Of a stretch of DNA of 64,000 nt, positions 25,819 to 36,665 are shown in pieces. The position numbers and the translations under genes were made by a program. The stretch's first letter is position 1. Each line of letters begins with the position of its first letter. A model generated the notes under the pieces. It saw nothing but the letters and a program-made list of their open reading frames with translations, did no database searches and was not told the origin of the DNA. The stretch comes from an uncultured Bacteroidales bacterium (lineage in GTDB: Bacteria > Bacteroidota > Bacteroidia > Bacteroidales > UBA932), in contig CAMYAE010000005.1 of the NCBI GenBank assembly GCA_947253655.1, positions 5,078 to 69,077 of the forward strand. Reading direction: 5' to 3'.

Positions 25819-27288
25819 TTATTTTCCGATGCAAAAATTTTTGAAAATGTTTCCAAGGAGCTCGTCGGTGGTGATTGACATGCCTGTTATGGAGGAGAGG
25901 GCGTCGATTGCGGAGCGGAGGTCTTGTGCAACAAGGTCGGTAGGCAAGGAGTGGGCGAGTCCTTCTCTGACTTCTTCAAGGCTGCCGGCGGCTTTTTCCA
26001 AGGCCTCGTAATGTCTGGCGTTGGTGACAAGAACGGTGTCGTGTCCCGATAGGATTTCAGGATGTAGGCCGGCAAGTATTGTTTTGATTTCTTCTATCCC
26101 GTCTCCATTCCTTGCAGAAATGGATACTATCCTAATTGTGTCAATAAGTTGTTTATTATCAATTAAGGAAACAATTTTATTATGAAGTATAACATTTTTG
26201 TTAGAGCGGCGGTCGGCCGGAATGGCACCAAGATACAAATCTTTTTTGTTCAATATGAGTACCAGCTTCTGCAAAGAAAAATCGCATCTCGAAATAATAT
26301 ATTCCGCCTCATCACAGATGTCTTCCTCGGATCCGCTCCCGTCAATTACACCTAAGACGATATCCGCTTCCGACAACTTTTTCAAAGACCTTTCTATACC
26401 GATTTTTTCAATAGTCTCGGAAGTGTTGCGAATACCGGCAGTATCAATAAGCCTGAAACATATGCCGTTAATATTGAATGTCTCTTCCACCGTATCGCGT
26501 GTGGTGCCGGGAATATCGGATACAATCGCCCTTTCTTCACCGAGTAGGGCGTTCAGCAGGGTACTTTTCCCACTGTTTGCCGCTCCGACAATAGAGACAG
26601 GTATGCCGTTACGAATTGCATTACCGAGCCTGAAAGAGTCCGTAAGTCTCTGAATATGAGATAAGACCTTATTCAATAATTCATTAAGCCGTCCTCTGTC
26701 AGCGAACTCGACATCCTCCTCACTAAAATCAAGTTCAAGTTCCATGAGCGAGGCCATATTAAGGAGTTCCGCCCTCATCTCCAAAAGTTCTTTTGAAAAT
26801 CCTCCGCGTAGTTGATTAAACGCAAGTCTGTGCGCAGCAGCGTTTTGTGAAGAAATAATGTCTGCGACAGACTCTGCCTGTGCCAGATCCATCTTGCCGT
26901 TCATATATGCCCTGAGAGTAAATTCCCCCGGTCCGGCGGTACGTGCCCCGGACTCGCACAATATGAACATCAGTTGCTCTGCTATATATTTTGATGCATG
27001 GAACGATATTTCCGCAGAGTCCTCGCCCGTATAAGAATGCGGAGCCTTGAAAATACTTACAAGCACATCATCGAGAGGTGCACCGTCTTTCATAAAGACC
27101 GTACCGAAGTGTATCGTATATCCGAGAAATTCCTCTATGTTTCCTTTTTTGAAGCTAACCGCTCTGCCGACTACGTCGAATGTATCAGGACCGCTTATAC
27201 GTATAATGCCGATTGCTCCGGAGCCGGGAATTGTGGCCGGGGCCGCTATTGTGTCATTATATCCAATTTCCATATAATCTTCATTCAA
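25819..27288 (-). CDS. mnmE: tRNA modification GTPase MnmE (TrmE)
   Basis: G-domain GKSTLLNALLGEERAIVSDIPGTTRD, C-terminal ...FKNFCIGK. Confidence 0.9.
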   Translation of the reverse strand: MNEDYMEIGYNDTIAAPATIPGSGAIGIIRISGPDTFDVVGRAVSFKKGNIEEFLGYTIHFGTVFMKDGAPLDDVLVSIFKAPHSYTGEDSAEISFHASKYIAEQLMFILCESGARTAGPGEFTLRAYMNGKMDLAQAESVADIISSQNAAAHRLAFNQLRGGFSKELLEMRAELLNMASLMELELDFSEEDVEFADRGRLNELLNKVLSHIQRLTDSFRLGNAIRNGIPVSIVGAANSGKSTLLNALLGEERAIVSDIPGTTRDTVEETFNINGICFRLIDTAGIRNTSETIEKIGIERSLKKLSEADIVLGVIDGSGSEEDICDEAEYIISRCDFSLQKLVLILNKKDLYLGAIPADRRSNKNVILHNKIVSLIDNKQLIDTIRIVSISARNGDGIEEIKTILAGLHPEILSGHDTVLVTNARHYEALEKAAGSLEEVREGLAHSLPTDLVAQDLRSAIDALSSITGMSITTDELLGNIFKNFCIGK

Positions 27289-27394
27289 AAATGGCGTTAC
27301 TGCAAATTTACAAAATTATTGTTCAAGATTTCTTTTGTCAAGATATGGTTTTTGTGTATCTTCGCTAAATTGAACTTAATAACAGCTTTTTCAA

Positions 27395-28480
27395 ATGGAG
27401 AATAAACTTGCAGCAACTCTAAGGTTGCAAAACGGAATGGAGTTCAAGGGGTGGAGTTTCGGCCATGGCGGTCAGTGTGATGGGGAAGTCGTTTTTTCAA
27501 CAGCTATGGTAGGCTATCCCGAAAGTCTCACAGACCCTTCCTATTCCGGTCAGATTCTTTGTGTTACATATCCGTTGATTGGAAATTACGGAGTTCCGGA
27601 TGAGGGCTTGGACGCTTTTGGAATTTCAAGAAATTTTGAATCGGAGAAGATATGGGTAAGAGGCCTTGTCATCTCCGATTATTCTTTTAAGTACAGCCAT
27701 TGGGATGCCGTCAAAAGTCTTGATGAATGGCTAAAGGAGCATAAGATCCCAGGAATTTATGGAATTGACACCAGGGAACTTACGAAAGTGCTACGCGATA
27801 CCGGATCTATACTTGGCCAGATTATCCCGGACGGCGTTGAACCGGCACAAAAGATAATAGACCCTAACACGCAGAACCATATTGCAATAGCAAGTTGTAA
27901 TAAAATTATAGAATATATCCCGGAAAAGCCGTCGGGCAAGAAAGTCGTACTTGTGGACTGCGGTGTCAAGCATAATATATTGAGATGCTTTCTTGACAGA
28001 GGGGTTGAATTGACGAGAGTTCCTTGGGATTATAACTTCAATAATCTCGAATATGACGGGCTTTTCATATCAAACGGCCCCGGCAACCCTGAGCACTGTG
28101 TCGTGACTGTAAATAATTTGAGAAAAGCCATGCAGAAAGACAAGCCTATTTTTGGAATATGTATGGGCAATCAGCTTCTTGCAAGGGCTGCCGGAGCAAG
28201 TACGTACAAACTGAAATACGGTCACAGAAGCCACAACCAGCCGGTCCGTCTTATCGGTACAAACAGATGTTTCATTACTTCGCAGAATCATGGCTACGCT
28301 GTTGACGACAAGACATTGGGAGATGATTGGCTTCCATGGTTTGAGAATATGAACGACGGCACAAACGAAGGCATAATCCATAAGTCCAAACCGTTCTGTT
28401 CCGTGCAGTTTCATCCTGAAGCTTCAAGCGGACCTACAGATACGGAATTCCTGTTTGACGAATTTATCAGCAAATTATAG
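27395..28480 (+). CDS. carA: Carbamoyl-phosphate synthase small (glutamine amidotransferase) subunit
   Basis: CPSase small-chain N-domain plus GATase (GICMGNQLL..., HGHRSHNQP). Directly upstream of carB. Confidence 0.9.
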   Translation: MENKLAATLRLQNGMEFKGWSFGHGGQCDGEVVFSTAMVGYPESLTDPSYSGQILCVTYPLIGNYGVPDEGLDAFGISRNFESEKIWVRGLVISDYSFKYSHWDAVKSLDEWLKEHKIPGIYGIDTRELTKVLRDTGSILGQIIPDGVEPAQKIIDPNTQNHIAIASCNKIIEYIPEKPSGKKVVLVDCGVKHNILRCFLDRGVELTRVPWDYNFNNLEYDGLFISNGPGNPEHCVVTVNNLRKAMQKDKPIFGICMGNQLLARAAGASTYKLKYGHRSHNQPVRLIGTNRCFITSQNHGYAVDDKTLGDDWLPWFENMNDGTNEGIIHKSKPFCSVQFHPEASSGPTDTEFLFDEFISKL

Positions 28481-28486
28481 AAGGCT

Positions 28487-31400
28487 ATGAGAGACAATAA
28501 TATAAAGAAAGTATTGATATTAGGTTCAGGGGCATTGAAAATCGGCCAGGCCGGAGAATTCGACTATTCCGGCTCCCAGGCTCTCAAAGCTCTCAAAGAG
28601 GAGGGGATTGAGACAATACTTATAAACCCGAATATAGCAACTGTCCAGACCTCCGAAGGGATAGCCGACAAAATCTATTTCTTGCCGGTAGATGCCTTTT
28701 TTGTGGAAAAAGTTATCGCTAAAGAGAAGCCGCAGGGGCTCCTCCTTTCATTTGGCGGTCAGACTGCTCTGAACTGCGGTGTCGAACTGTACACAAAAGG
28801 CATCCTCGATAAATATAATGTACAGGTATTGGGTACCCCCGTCCGTGCTATTATGGACACGGAGGATAGAGAGCTCTTTATTAAAAAGCTGGACGATATA
28901 GGAGTGAAGACAATCAAGTCTCATCCGGCCGAAAGCATGGAAGAAGCTAAGGCAGCCGCACATGAATTAGGTTATCCATTGATAATCAGGGCAGCTTATG
29001 CCTTGGGCGGACTCGGCTCCGGATTTGTAGACAACGACAGCGAGCTTGAAGAATTGTGTGAGAAGGCTTTCTCTTTCTCACCGCAGGTGCTTGTGGAAAA
29101 ATCCTTAAAGGGATGGAAAGAAATTGAATATGAGGTTGTCAGGGACAGATATGACAACTGTATTACGGTCTGCAACATGGAGAATTTCGATCCTCTCGGT
29201 ATCCACACCGGAGAGAGCATTGTAGTAGCCCCGTCACAGACATTGACAAATAAGGACTATTATTTCCTGAGGGAACTGTCTATCAGGATTGTACGCCATA
29301 TCGGCATAGTCGGGGAGTGTAATGTGCAATATGCTTATGATCCATACGCAATGGACTATAGGGTCATCGAGGTGAATGCCAGGCTTAGTCGCTCTTCGGC
29401 CCTTGCGTCCAAGGCAACGGGCTATCCTCTCGCCTTTGTGGCTGCCAAATTAGGCTTGGGGTACGGCCTTTTCGACCTTAAGAATTCCGTAACTAAAAAC
29501 ACCCCGGCATTCTTTGAGCCGGCTTTGGACTATGTTGTCTGCAAAATTCCGCGTTGGGATTTGTCAAAATTCCACGGAGTGTCAAGGAAAATCGGCTCAA
29601 GCATGAAATCCGTAGGTGAGGTGATGTCAATAGGCCGCACCTTCGAAGAATCCTTGCAGAAAGGCCTAAGGATGATTGGTCAGGGCGCTCATGGTTTCGT
29701 AGGTAATAAAGAGTTGCTCGTCAATGATATAGAAGAAGCTTTAAGCGAGCCTACGGACAAGCGTATCTTTGTCATTTCCAAGGCGATGAGGGCCGGATAT
29801 TCTGTAGAAAAGATTCATAATCTCACGAAAATAGACAAATGGTTTCTCGACAAATTGGAAAATATCATCAAAACGGATATTTCTATTGGAAACTATAATG
29901 ATATCAGTGAGATGCCGGTCGAGCTGCTAAGAACTGCCAAACAGCAAGGTTTCTCCGATTTTCAAATCCAAAGAGCGGTTTACAAAGATAAAGGCTCTCT
30001 GGCTGAAAATCAGGATAAAGTCCGGAATTACAGGAAATCGCTGGGGATTGTGCCGGTAGTAAAGCAGATAGATACTCTCGCAGCAGAGTTCCCGGCAGCT
30101 ACGAATTATCTGTACCTTACCTATAACGGAAGTTTTAATGACATCGATTATGAGCTTGACGGAAAGTCTGTTATAGTGCTCGGCTCCGGAGCTTACAGAA
30201 TAGGTAGTTCAGTCGAGTTCGACTGGTGCTCTGTAAATTGTCTCCATACAATCCAGAACCAAGGCTATAGAGGAGTTCTGATAAACTATAACCCTGAGAC
30301 GGTTTCGACGGATTACGATATGTGCGACAGGCTCTATTTCGATGAATTGACTTTCGAAAGGGTCATGGACATAATTGAGCTGGAGACACCTCACGGAGTG
30401 GTGGTTTCAGTCGGTGGACAGATTCCTAACAATCTGGCACTAAGGCTATCAAGCCACGATGTGCCTATATTGGGGACCTCGGCAGAAAATATTGACAAGG
30501 CGGAGGACAGGCACAAGTTCTCCAGCATAGTGGATGCATTGGAGGTAGACCAGCCTAAATGGAGCGAACTTACCACAATGGAAGACGTCGACAGATTTAT
30601 TGCAAAGGTCGGATTCCCTGTGCTCGTGCGTCCTTCATACGTCCTATCAGGGGCTGCTATGAATGTATGCCATGATGAGGACAAGCTAAGGCAATTCCTT
30701 TCACTGGCAGCGGAAGTGTCTAAGGAACACCCTGTTGTCATAAGTCAGTTTATGCAAAGGTGCAAGGAGATAGAATTTGATGCTGTTGCAGATGAGGGAG
30801 AAATATTGGCTTATGCCATTTCAGAGCACATTGAATATGCCGGTGTACATTCCGGTGATGCCACTATTCAATTCCCGCCTCAGAAACTGTATGTTGAGAC
30901 CGTGCGGAGAATCAAGAAGATAGCCAGAAAAATAGCCTCAGCCTTAAATATTTCCGGTCCGTTCAATATACAGTTCCTTGCCAAGGAGAATGAGATTAAG
31001 GTAATCGAATGCAACCTGAGAGCGTCCAGGAGTTTTCCTTTTGTGTCCAAAGTATTGAAAATGAACCTTATAGAGCTTGCGACAAAGGTAATGTTGGGTA
31101 TGCGTCCTGTTGCTCCTCAAAAAAGTGCTTTCGATCTTGACTATGTCGGCGTAAAGTCGTCACAGTTCTCTTTCGCAAGGCTTGAGGAGGCCGACCCGAT
31201 GCTTGGTGTGGACATGTCCTCCACAGGCGAGGTCGGTTGTATCGGTTATGATTTGAACGAGGCTTTATTAAAATCCATATTATCCGTTGGATATAAGATT
31301 CCGAGGGAGAAGATATTGCTTTCTACAGGGGATCCGTTGCAGAAAGCCGATATGCTTAGAGCCTGCGTCATGCTTGCTGAAAAAGGTTATAAGCTTTACG

Positions 31401-31726
31401 CGACCGGTGACACGTACAGATATTTTATTGAGAACAGCATACCTTGCGAAAAAGTCTTGTTGCCGAGCGAATGTGACAACCCTAATTTCAAGGACAGGTA
31501 CAAGCCGGCTTTAGAGCTCATTCAGAACAAGGAAGTTGACATGGTCATTAACATTCCACAGAATTTCTCCGAAGAAGAGCTTCTCAACGGATATAAGATC
31601 AGGCGCAGTGCGATAGACTTCAATATACCACTGTTCACAAACGCCAGACTTGCCGTAGCCTTTATCAGGGCTTTCTGTTCAATGACCTTGGACGATATTC
31701 AGATCAAGTCATGGGACGAGTATTAA
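28487..31726 (+). CDS. carB: Carbamoyl-phosphate synthase large subunit
   Basis: 1079 aa, duplicated ATP-grasp modules, MGS-like C-terminus. Confidence 0.95.
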   Translation: MRDNNIKKVLILGSGALKIGQAGEFDYSGSQALKALKEEGIETILINPNIATVQTSEGIADKIYFLPVDAFFVEKVIAKEKPQGLLLSFGGQTALNCGVELYTKGILDKYNVQVLGTPVRAIMDTEDRELFIKKLDDIGVKTIKSHPAESMEEAKAAAHELGYPLIIRAAYALGGLGSGFVDNDSELEELCEKAFSFSPQVLVEKSLKGWKEIEYEVVRDRYDNCITVCNMENFDPLGIHTGESIVVAPSQTLTNKDYYFLRELSIRIVRHIGIVGECNVQYAYDPYAMDYRVIEVNARLSRSSALASKATGYPLAFVAAKLGLGYGLFDLKNSVTKNTPAFFEPALDYVVCKIPRWDLSKFHGVSRKIGSSMKSVGEVMSIGRTFEESLQKGLRMIGQGAHGFVGNKELLVNDIEEALSEPTDKRIFVISKAMRAGYSVEKIHNLTKIDKWFLDKLENIIKTDISIGNYNDISEMPVELLRTAKQQGFSDFQIQRAVYKDKGSLAENQDKVRNYRKSLGIVPVVKQIDTLAAEFPAATNYLYLTYNGSFNDIDYELDGKSVIVLGSGAYRIGSSVEFDWCSVNCLHTIQNQGYRGVLINYNPETVSTDYDMCDRLYFDELTFERVMDIIELETPHGVVVSVGGQIPNNLALRLSSHDVPILGTSAENIDKAEDRHKFSSIVDALEVDQPKWSELTTMEDVDRFIAKVGFPVLVRPSYVLSGAAMNVCHDEDKLRQFLSLAAEVSKEHPVVISQFMQRCKEIEFDAVADEGEILAYAISEHIEYAGVHSGDATIQFPPQKLYVETVRRIKKIARKIASALNISGPFNIQFLAKENEIKVIECNLRASRSFPFVSKVLKMNLIELATKVMLGMRPVAPQKSAFDLDYVGVKSSQFSFARLEEADPMLGVDMSSTGEVGCIGYDLNEALLKSILSVGYKIPREKILLSTGDPLQKADMLRACVMLAEKGYKLYATGDTYRYFIENSIPCEKVLLPSECDNPNFKDRYKPALELIQNKEVDMVINIPQNFSEEELLNGYKIRRSAIDFNIPLFTNARLAVAFIRAFCSMTLDDIQIKSWDEY

Positions 31727-31745
31727 TATCGGCTTCATAATATGA

Positions 31746-31790
31746 TTGCCCCCGGAGCAAACGCTTCGGGGGCAATGCTTTATATGTTAT
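31746..31790 (+). terminator. Rho-independent terminator between convergent carB and rho
   Basis: Perfect 9-bp stem TTGCCCCCG / CGGGGGCAA with 12-nt loop, followed by TGCTTTATATGTTATT. Confidence 0.5.
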
Positions 31791-31805
31791 TACCTAATTC
31801 AATGA

Positions 31806-33740
31806 TTAGAAGCTGTCGTAATATTTAGCCTCTCTTGGGCTTACCTTGTTCATGTTGTCCAGCAGTTGATCGTTGGTATTATATTGATCCATAATCTGAA
31901 GCATGAAGTTCATAGCCTCAGTGGGATTCATGTCGGCGAGGAGTTTGCGTAGAATCCATATTCTGTTCGCTTGTTCAGGGCTGTACAACAAATCATCGCG
32001 TCTGGTGCTGGAAAGCACAACATTCACTGCCGGGAATATCCTGCGGTTGGACAAGGTCCTGTCAAGCTGCAGTTCCATATTTCCCGTACCTTTGAATTCC
32101 TCGAAAATGACGTCATCCATTTTTGAGCCGGTCTCTGTCAGTGCAGTTGCTATAATCGTAAGTGAACCTCCGCCTTCAATGTTCCTTGCAGCTCCGAAAA
32201 ATCTCTTTGGCTTCTGCAGGGCATTGGCATCAACTCCTCCTGTCAGTACTTTTCCGGATGCAGGCTGAACGGTATTGTAGGCCCTTGCGAGACGGGTAAT
32301 GGAGTCAAGCAGTATGACAACATCATGACCGCATTCGACGAGACGTCTGGATTTCTCCAAGACCATATTAGCAACTTTTACGTGCCTCTCTGCAGGCTCA
32401 TCGAAAGTAGAAGCTACAACTTCTGCCTTAACGCTTCTGCTCATGTCGGTAACCTCTTCAGGCCTTTCATCTATAAGCAGCACTATTTCATATACTTCCG
32501 GATGATTGTCCGCAATGGCATTTGCTATTGATTTGAGCAGCACTGTCTTGCCTGTCTTAGGCTGGGCAACTATCAGTCCTCTTTGCCCCTTTCCGATAGG
32601 AGTGAACATGTCTACAATCCTACATGAGGTGTCGTGCTCGTGACCGTGGCCGAGGAGATTGAATTTTTCGTTAGGGAAGAGGGGTGTAAGAAAATCGAAA
32701 GGCACCCTGTCTCGTATAAATTCAGGAGTACGCCCGTTGATATATTTTATCTTGACTAATGGGAAATACTTGTCTCCCTCTTTCGGAGGTTTTATCTCAC
32801 CTGTAACCGTGTCTCCGGTCTTTAGTGCATTGGCTTTTATCTGGCCTTGTGAAACATATATGTCATCCGGTGAATTCAGATAATTATAGTCAGATGATCT
32901 TAGGAAGCCATAGCCGTCAGGCATGATTTCCAGAACGCCCGTGGCCTCTACTGTGCCTTCAAATTCAATTTTAGGCTTAGCGGCAGGCTTCTGTTGCTGT
33001 GAATGTTTATTCTGATGTCCTTCCTGTGCCTGCTGATGCTGGCCTTTTTGTGGAAGAGGCTCAACTATTGGCTCCTGATCCGGGGCATTTGCCCTCTTGG
33101 CCTTAGCAGTAGCAATTTCTAATTTGGAAAGAATGGCTGGCGTTTTCTCTATCGGCTTCGTTTCCTTTACTGCATTATCGGTTGCCTCATCTTCAGTTTT
33201 CTTCGTCTTTTTTGCAGAAGCAGCTTTTGTTGTTTTCTCTGTTGCAGGCTTGTCTTTGGCTGCGTTAACTTCAGGCTTTTCTGCTTTTGGAGCCTCTGCT
33301 TTCACTGCTTTTTCAGCTTTCTTTGCGGGTTTTGCAGCTTCTTTCTTGGTCTCCTTCTGCTCTTTTACCTGTTCAGGCTTTTCTTCCTGCTTTGAAGCTG
33401 CTTTTGCGGCAGGCTTAGCGGCTGTTTTGCTAACAGGTTTTGAATCCTTTTTGGTCTCAGGCTTCGAATCTGTCTTAGCCTCAGGCGTTGTCTCCGTTTT
33501 TGCTGCAGTCTTTGAAGTTCCTGCTTTCTTGCTTTCAGAGCTCTGGGCCTTTTTCGGGCGTCCTCTTTTCTTCTTTTCCGGTTCCGGCTGTTTTGATGTA
33601 ATTACGGCTTCCTGATCTAAAATAGCATATCCTAAGGTCTCTCTATCCATTTTTTTAGAGCCTTTTATATCAAGTTCATCCGCAAGGTTATGAAGCTGCT
33701 CATCCGACATGGAATTCAGCTCAAATAGACTGTGTGGCAT
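31806..33740 (-). CDS. rho: Transcription termination factor Rho with long low-complexity N-terminal insertion
   Basis: Rho N-terminal LSEL.. domain, then ~240 aa K/A/E/T/P-rich segment, then RNA-binding and RecA-like ATPase core ([15 protein letters not shown]). Confidence 0.9.
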   Translation of the reverse strand: MPHSLFELNSMSDEQLHNLADELDIKGSKKMDRETLGYAILDQEAVITSKQPEPEKKKRGRPKKAQSSESKKAGTSKTAAKTETTPEAKTDSKPETKKDSKPVSKTAAKPAAKAASKQEEKPEQVKEQKETKKEAAKPAKKAEKAVKAEAPKAEKPEVNAAKDKPATEKTTKAASAKKTKKTEDEATDNAVKETKPIEKTPAILSKLEIATAKAKRANAPDQEPIVEPLPQKGQHQQAQEGHQNKHSQQQKPAAKPKIEFEGTVEATGVLEIMPDGYGFLRSSDYNYLNSPDDIYVSQGQIKANALKTGDTVTGEIKPPKEGDKYFPLVKIKYINGRTPEFIRDRVPFDFLTPLFPNEKFNLLGHGHEHDTSCRIVDMFTPIGKGQRGLIVAQPKTGKTVLLKSIANAIADNHPEVYEIVLLIDERPEEVTDMSRSVKAEVVASTFDEPAERHVKVANMVLEKSRRLVECGHDVVILLDSITRLARAYNTVQPASGKVLTGGVDANALQKPKRFFGAARNIEGGGSLTIIATALTETGSKMDDVIFEEFKGTGNMELQLDRTLSNRRIFPAVNVVLSSTRRDDLLYSPEQANRIWILRKLLADMNPTEAMNFMLQIMDQYNTNDQLLDNMNKVSPREAKYYDSF

Positions 33741-33847
33741 TTAAAAATTAATTTTATTCACAAAAAATAGTTCTCTTGGAAATCTGCGAAAAGAAATAAT
33801 CCGCAGCGATTGTCTTTGCAAATATAATAAAAAAAATATAAAAACAA

Positions 33848-36637
33848 CTAATTATCCCAATAGCTTGTGCTTTTCTTGAACTTCAACAGATCGGAAAGGG
33901 CGGCTGCATTTGCAGCGATTCTGAAACTCCATGACTGCCATGTGCCGGTCGGCACGTAAGAAACAGAAATGTTGAAGCAGTGGAGGTCGTATGTGAAACT
34001 TAACTGAGTGGTAGTGAGTTTCATAGCCATAATATCAAAACCTGAAGTCATGTTCATGCTCATTTTTGGTGACAGTTTGACGTTGCCGCTAAAGCCGAGC
34101 GTCTGTGTGTACCTGTCATTGGTGATGAGGCGGTTGTTGGTGTACTGGTACGACCTGTTATACGAGAATGAATAATTTAAATTGATAGACCAGGGAACAT
34201 TTGGGTTGGTATAATAGAGCCAGCCACCCGGAATATAGTCTCCGGTAATAGGGTGATAATAGATTCTCCTGTAATAGTCTGCAGCACTTTCAGCCCTTGA
34301 ACCCTCGCCCCCGGACCCTCCAGAAGTAGTTTTGCTGCCGTCATTGCCGTCAATCGCCCCTTTCCCAGACAAAGAATAGGACAGAGAGGCACTTGCAGCC
34401 GTCAGTCTCAGTGGCTTCGACCAGCCTTGTCTCTTAAAATTATAGACATTTATCTTCCTGCCTCTTGAGTCAATGGCATAAGGGTCAAAGTTGGCATTCG
34501 CGCTCAGTCCTAATTTTCCGAAAACCGAGGTGGACATCGTGACACCGATATTGCTCATTTTCAATGAGTCCGCCAGGAAATTATACCCCGTGCTGAAGTT
34601 CAACTGGTCAATTAGCTTGACTTTTTTTATACCTTTGCCCGTAGTGTCCCTTAAATCCCTGACCTTGGCCTCGAGGTTGTTGCCTATAGAAAGGCTCATG
34701 CTTGCCGTCTTGCCTTTTGATGGAGCCGAATATATCTGACCTGCATATATATTATAGTCATAACTCTTTTGGGCACCATTTTTATCGACATAGTTCAATG
34801 TTCGCCAGCCGTTAGCGTAAGTGCCTTTTTCCGGGCTTACAGAAAAGGACAATGATGGGGAAATCACGTGCCTTATAGCCTGCACCTTATGCACCTTCCC
34901 GAAATTCAGCAAACCGTAGAGCCTTGTACTTACCGACACGCTTCCGGAGTAGGTCTGGGTTATGCCTAATGTGCTGAACTGCTTGCCTGCTACAAGGGTA
35001 GTAGTGTTCTTTTCCGGGTTAAATACAGCCTCGGATTTTCTGAAAAACCAGTTTTGTCCGTAACTGATACTTGGCGTGAAATTAAAATACTTTGCAAGCG
35101 TGAAATTCGGCAACCCTATCTGGAAACTGTGAGTCATGCCATTCTGCAGTTTGTCGAAAAATCCGGGCTTGCCGAAGTCCTTAGCCTTGAAATTTATTTT
35201 GTTCTGGATAGTCGTATTGTAACCTAAGGAGAACTTCTCATAGAACTTCTCCTTGCCTACGCGCATCTTCCTTTTGAACGGATAGAATCTTGTGGCTGAA
35301 AATGTCAGGTTAGGCAGGGTGAAAGAATATGAACTGTCCCTTGAATTCTGGTTATGCAAGACATTGACTGACAGATTGAACTTTCCATTCCAATTTTTCG
35401 AGTAGGATATTGAGGAAGAGGCCTGGTTCTGCAGTGCATCGGTAACCGACCGGGAATTGTAACGATTGTTGGAGGGGCTGGAGAAGTTGACGGATGCGGA
35501 AAACGTCGTTCCCGGCCTTGACTTGCTATCCTGCGAATGGGACCACTTCAGCGAAAAGTTCTTTGACTGAAAGAAGTCCGTAGACCCTCTTTCTCCTGTC
35601 TGGTCGTTGGAATATGTCAGTCCGAAATTGCCGTTGAATTTATAGTTTACCTTATATCTTGAATTGACGTCGACACTCCAAGAGCCCAGGGTGTACATAT
35701 CTCCTGTTACCGAAAGGTCGAAATGGTCTCCGAACACAAAATACATTCCGAGATCCCTCAGGTAAAAGCCCCTTGCATTCTCCTCGCCGAATGTAGGCAT
35801 GAGCAAGCCCGTAGCCCTGCTTGGCCGTTTCGGAATGAAGCCGAAAGGAAGTCCGATAGGCAGGGGGACATCTTCCACCACCAGCCCGGCAGGGCCGAAA
35901 ACGGTTTTCCGTGACGGTTTTGTGATGACTTTGGCAGCAGACAGCGTCATATAATAATGAGGATGTTCCAAGTCGCAGACCGTATATTTTCCTTGCGTTA
36001 TATTTATGGACTTGTCCGGCATCATCTTGATATTCTTGCCGTGGAGCAGTCCTTCCTCCTGCTGAGTAATCATTTCGGTGATCCTTGCCTTGCGGGTATT
36101 GAAATTGTATCTCAGCTCTTTCATGGTATATGAAGCCCCTCCCTGGGTCATTGTCGGCATGCCCTTAATCTCTCCGGTAAGAGTATCGGTTGTTCCCCTG
36201 GCATATACCGTCCCCGTCTTCATATCATATTCCATATAATCGGCTGTAAGCTTCATGTCTCCGTATGAGACTGTGACGTCACCGTAATAATAGGCTTTTC
36301 TCTGCCCGTTCGAAAAATCCTCTCTGATAGAGTCTTTGGCGCCGGTAAAGGCCGGACTTTCTAATGAACTTTGCTTCTGCAAAGCAATTGAATCCAATTT
36401 GAACAGAGAATCCACCCTATGAAGAGAGTCTCTTAGCGCTTTGATTGAATCAGGCACTGCCACGCTGTCGGGATTGAAGAGAACAGCCTGGCTAAATGAT
36501 TTTGGCGGACGTCGGCGACGGTTTCCGTCTTGGGACAAGCCGGTGAACGGGTCGGCGAGCAGGAGCAGCATTACCGAGACAAACAGTATCTTGTTCCATT
36601 TACGACTGAATATATTGGCAGCGCGAGATCTCCGCAT
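33848..36637 (-). CDS. lptD: LptD/OstA-family outer-membrane LPS-assembly protein (probable)
   Basis: Signal peptide. OstA-like N-domain (AYYYGDVTVSYGDMKLTADYMEYDMKTGTVYARG). Long beta-rich C-terminus, 929 aa. Confidence 0.5.
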   Translation of the reverse strand: MRRSRAANIFSRKWNKILFVSVMLLLLADPFTGLSQDGNRRRRPPKSFSQAVLFNPDSVAVPDSIKALRDSLHRVDSLFKLDSIALQKQSSLESPAFTGAKDSIREDFSNGQRKAYYYGDVTVSYGDMKLTADYMEYDMKTGTVYARGTTDTLTGEIKGMPTMTQGGASYTMKELRYNFNTRKARITEMITQQEEGLLHGKNIKMMPDKSINITQGKYTVCDLEHPHYYMTLSAAKVITKPSRKTVFGPAGLVVEDVPLPIGLPFGFIPKRPSRATGLLMPTFGEENARGFYLRDLGMYFVFGDHFDLSVTGDMYTLGSWSVDVNSRYKVNYKFNGNFGLTYSNDQTGERGSTDFFQSKNFSLKWSHSQDSKSRPGTTFSASVNFSSPSNNRYNSRSVTDALQNQASSSISYSKNWNGKFNLSVNVLHNQNSRDSSYSFTLPNLTFSATRFYPFKRKMRVGKEKFYEKFSLGYNTTIQNKINFKAKDFGKPGFFDKLQNGMTHSFQIGLPNFTLAKYFNFTPSISYGQNWFFRKSEAVFNPEKNTTTLVAGKQFSTLGITQTYSGSVSVSTRLYGLLNFGKVHKVQAIRHVISPSLSFSVSPEKGTYANGWRTLNYVDKNGAQKSYDYNIYAGQIYSAPSKGKTASMSLSIGNNLEAKVRDLRDTTGKGIKKVKLIDQLNFSTGYNFLADSLKMSNIGVTMSTSVFGKLGLSANANFDPYAIDSRGRKINVYNFKRQGWSKPLRLTAASASLSYSLSGKGAIDGNDGSKTTSGGSGGEGSRAESAADYYRRIYYHPITGDYIPGGWLYYTNPNVPWSINLNYSFSYNRSYQYTNNRLITNDRYTQTLGFSGNVKLSPKMSMNMTSGFDIMAMKLTTTQLSFTYDLHCFNISVSYVPTGTWQSWSFRIAANAAALSDLLKFKKSTSYWDN

Positions 36638-36665
36638 CTAAATCCTAATATTAACCCTGTTTTTA

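Noticed and set aside
25440-25819. Expected a tRNA gene as island integration target next to the boundary
   Set aside because: No tRNA-like sequence (no GTTCGAATCC-type T-arm, no cloverleaf) in this spacer or anywhere in the window.
33097-33615. 172-aa plus-strand ORF rich in A/F/S
   Set aside because: Antisense of the low-complexity Rho insertion; an artefact of repetitive codons.
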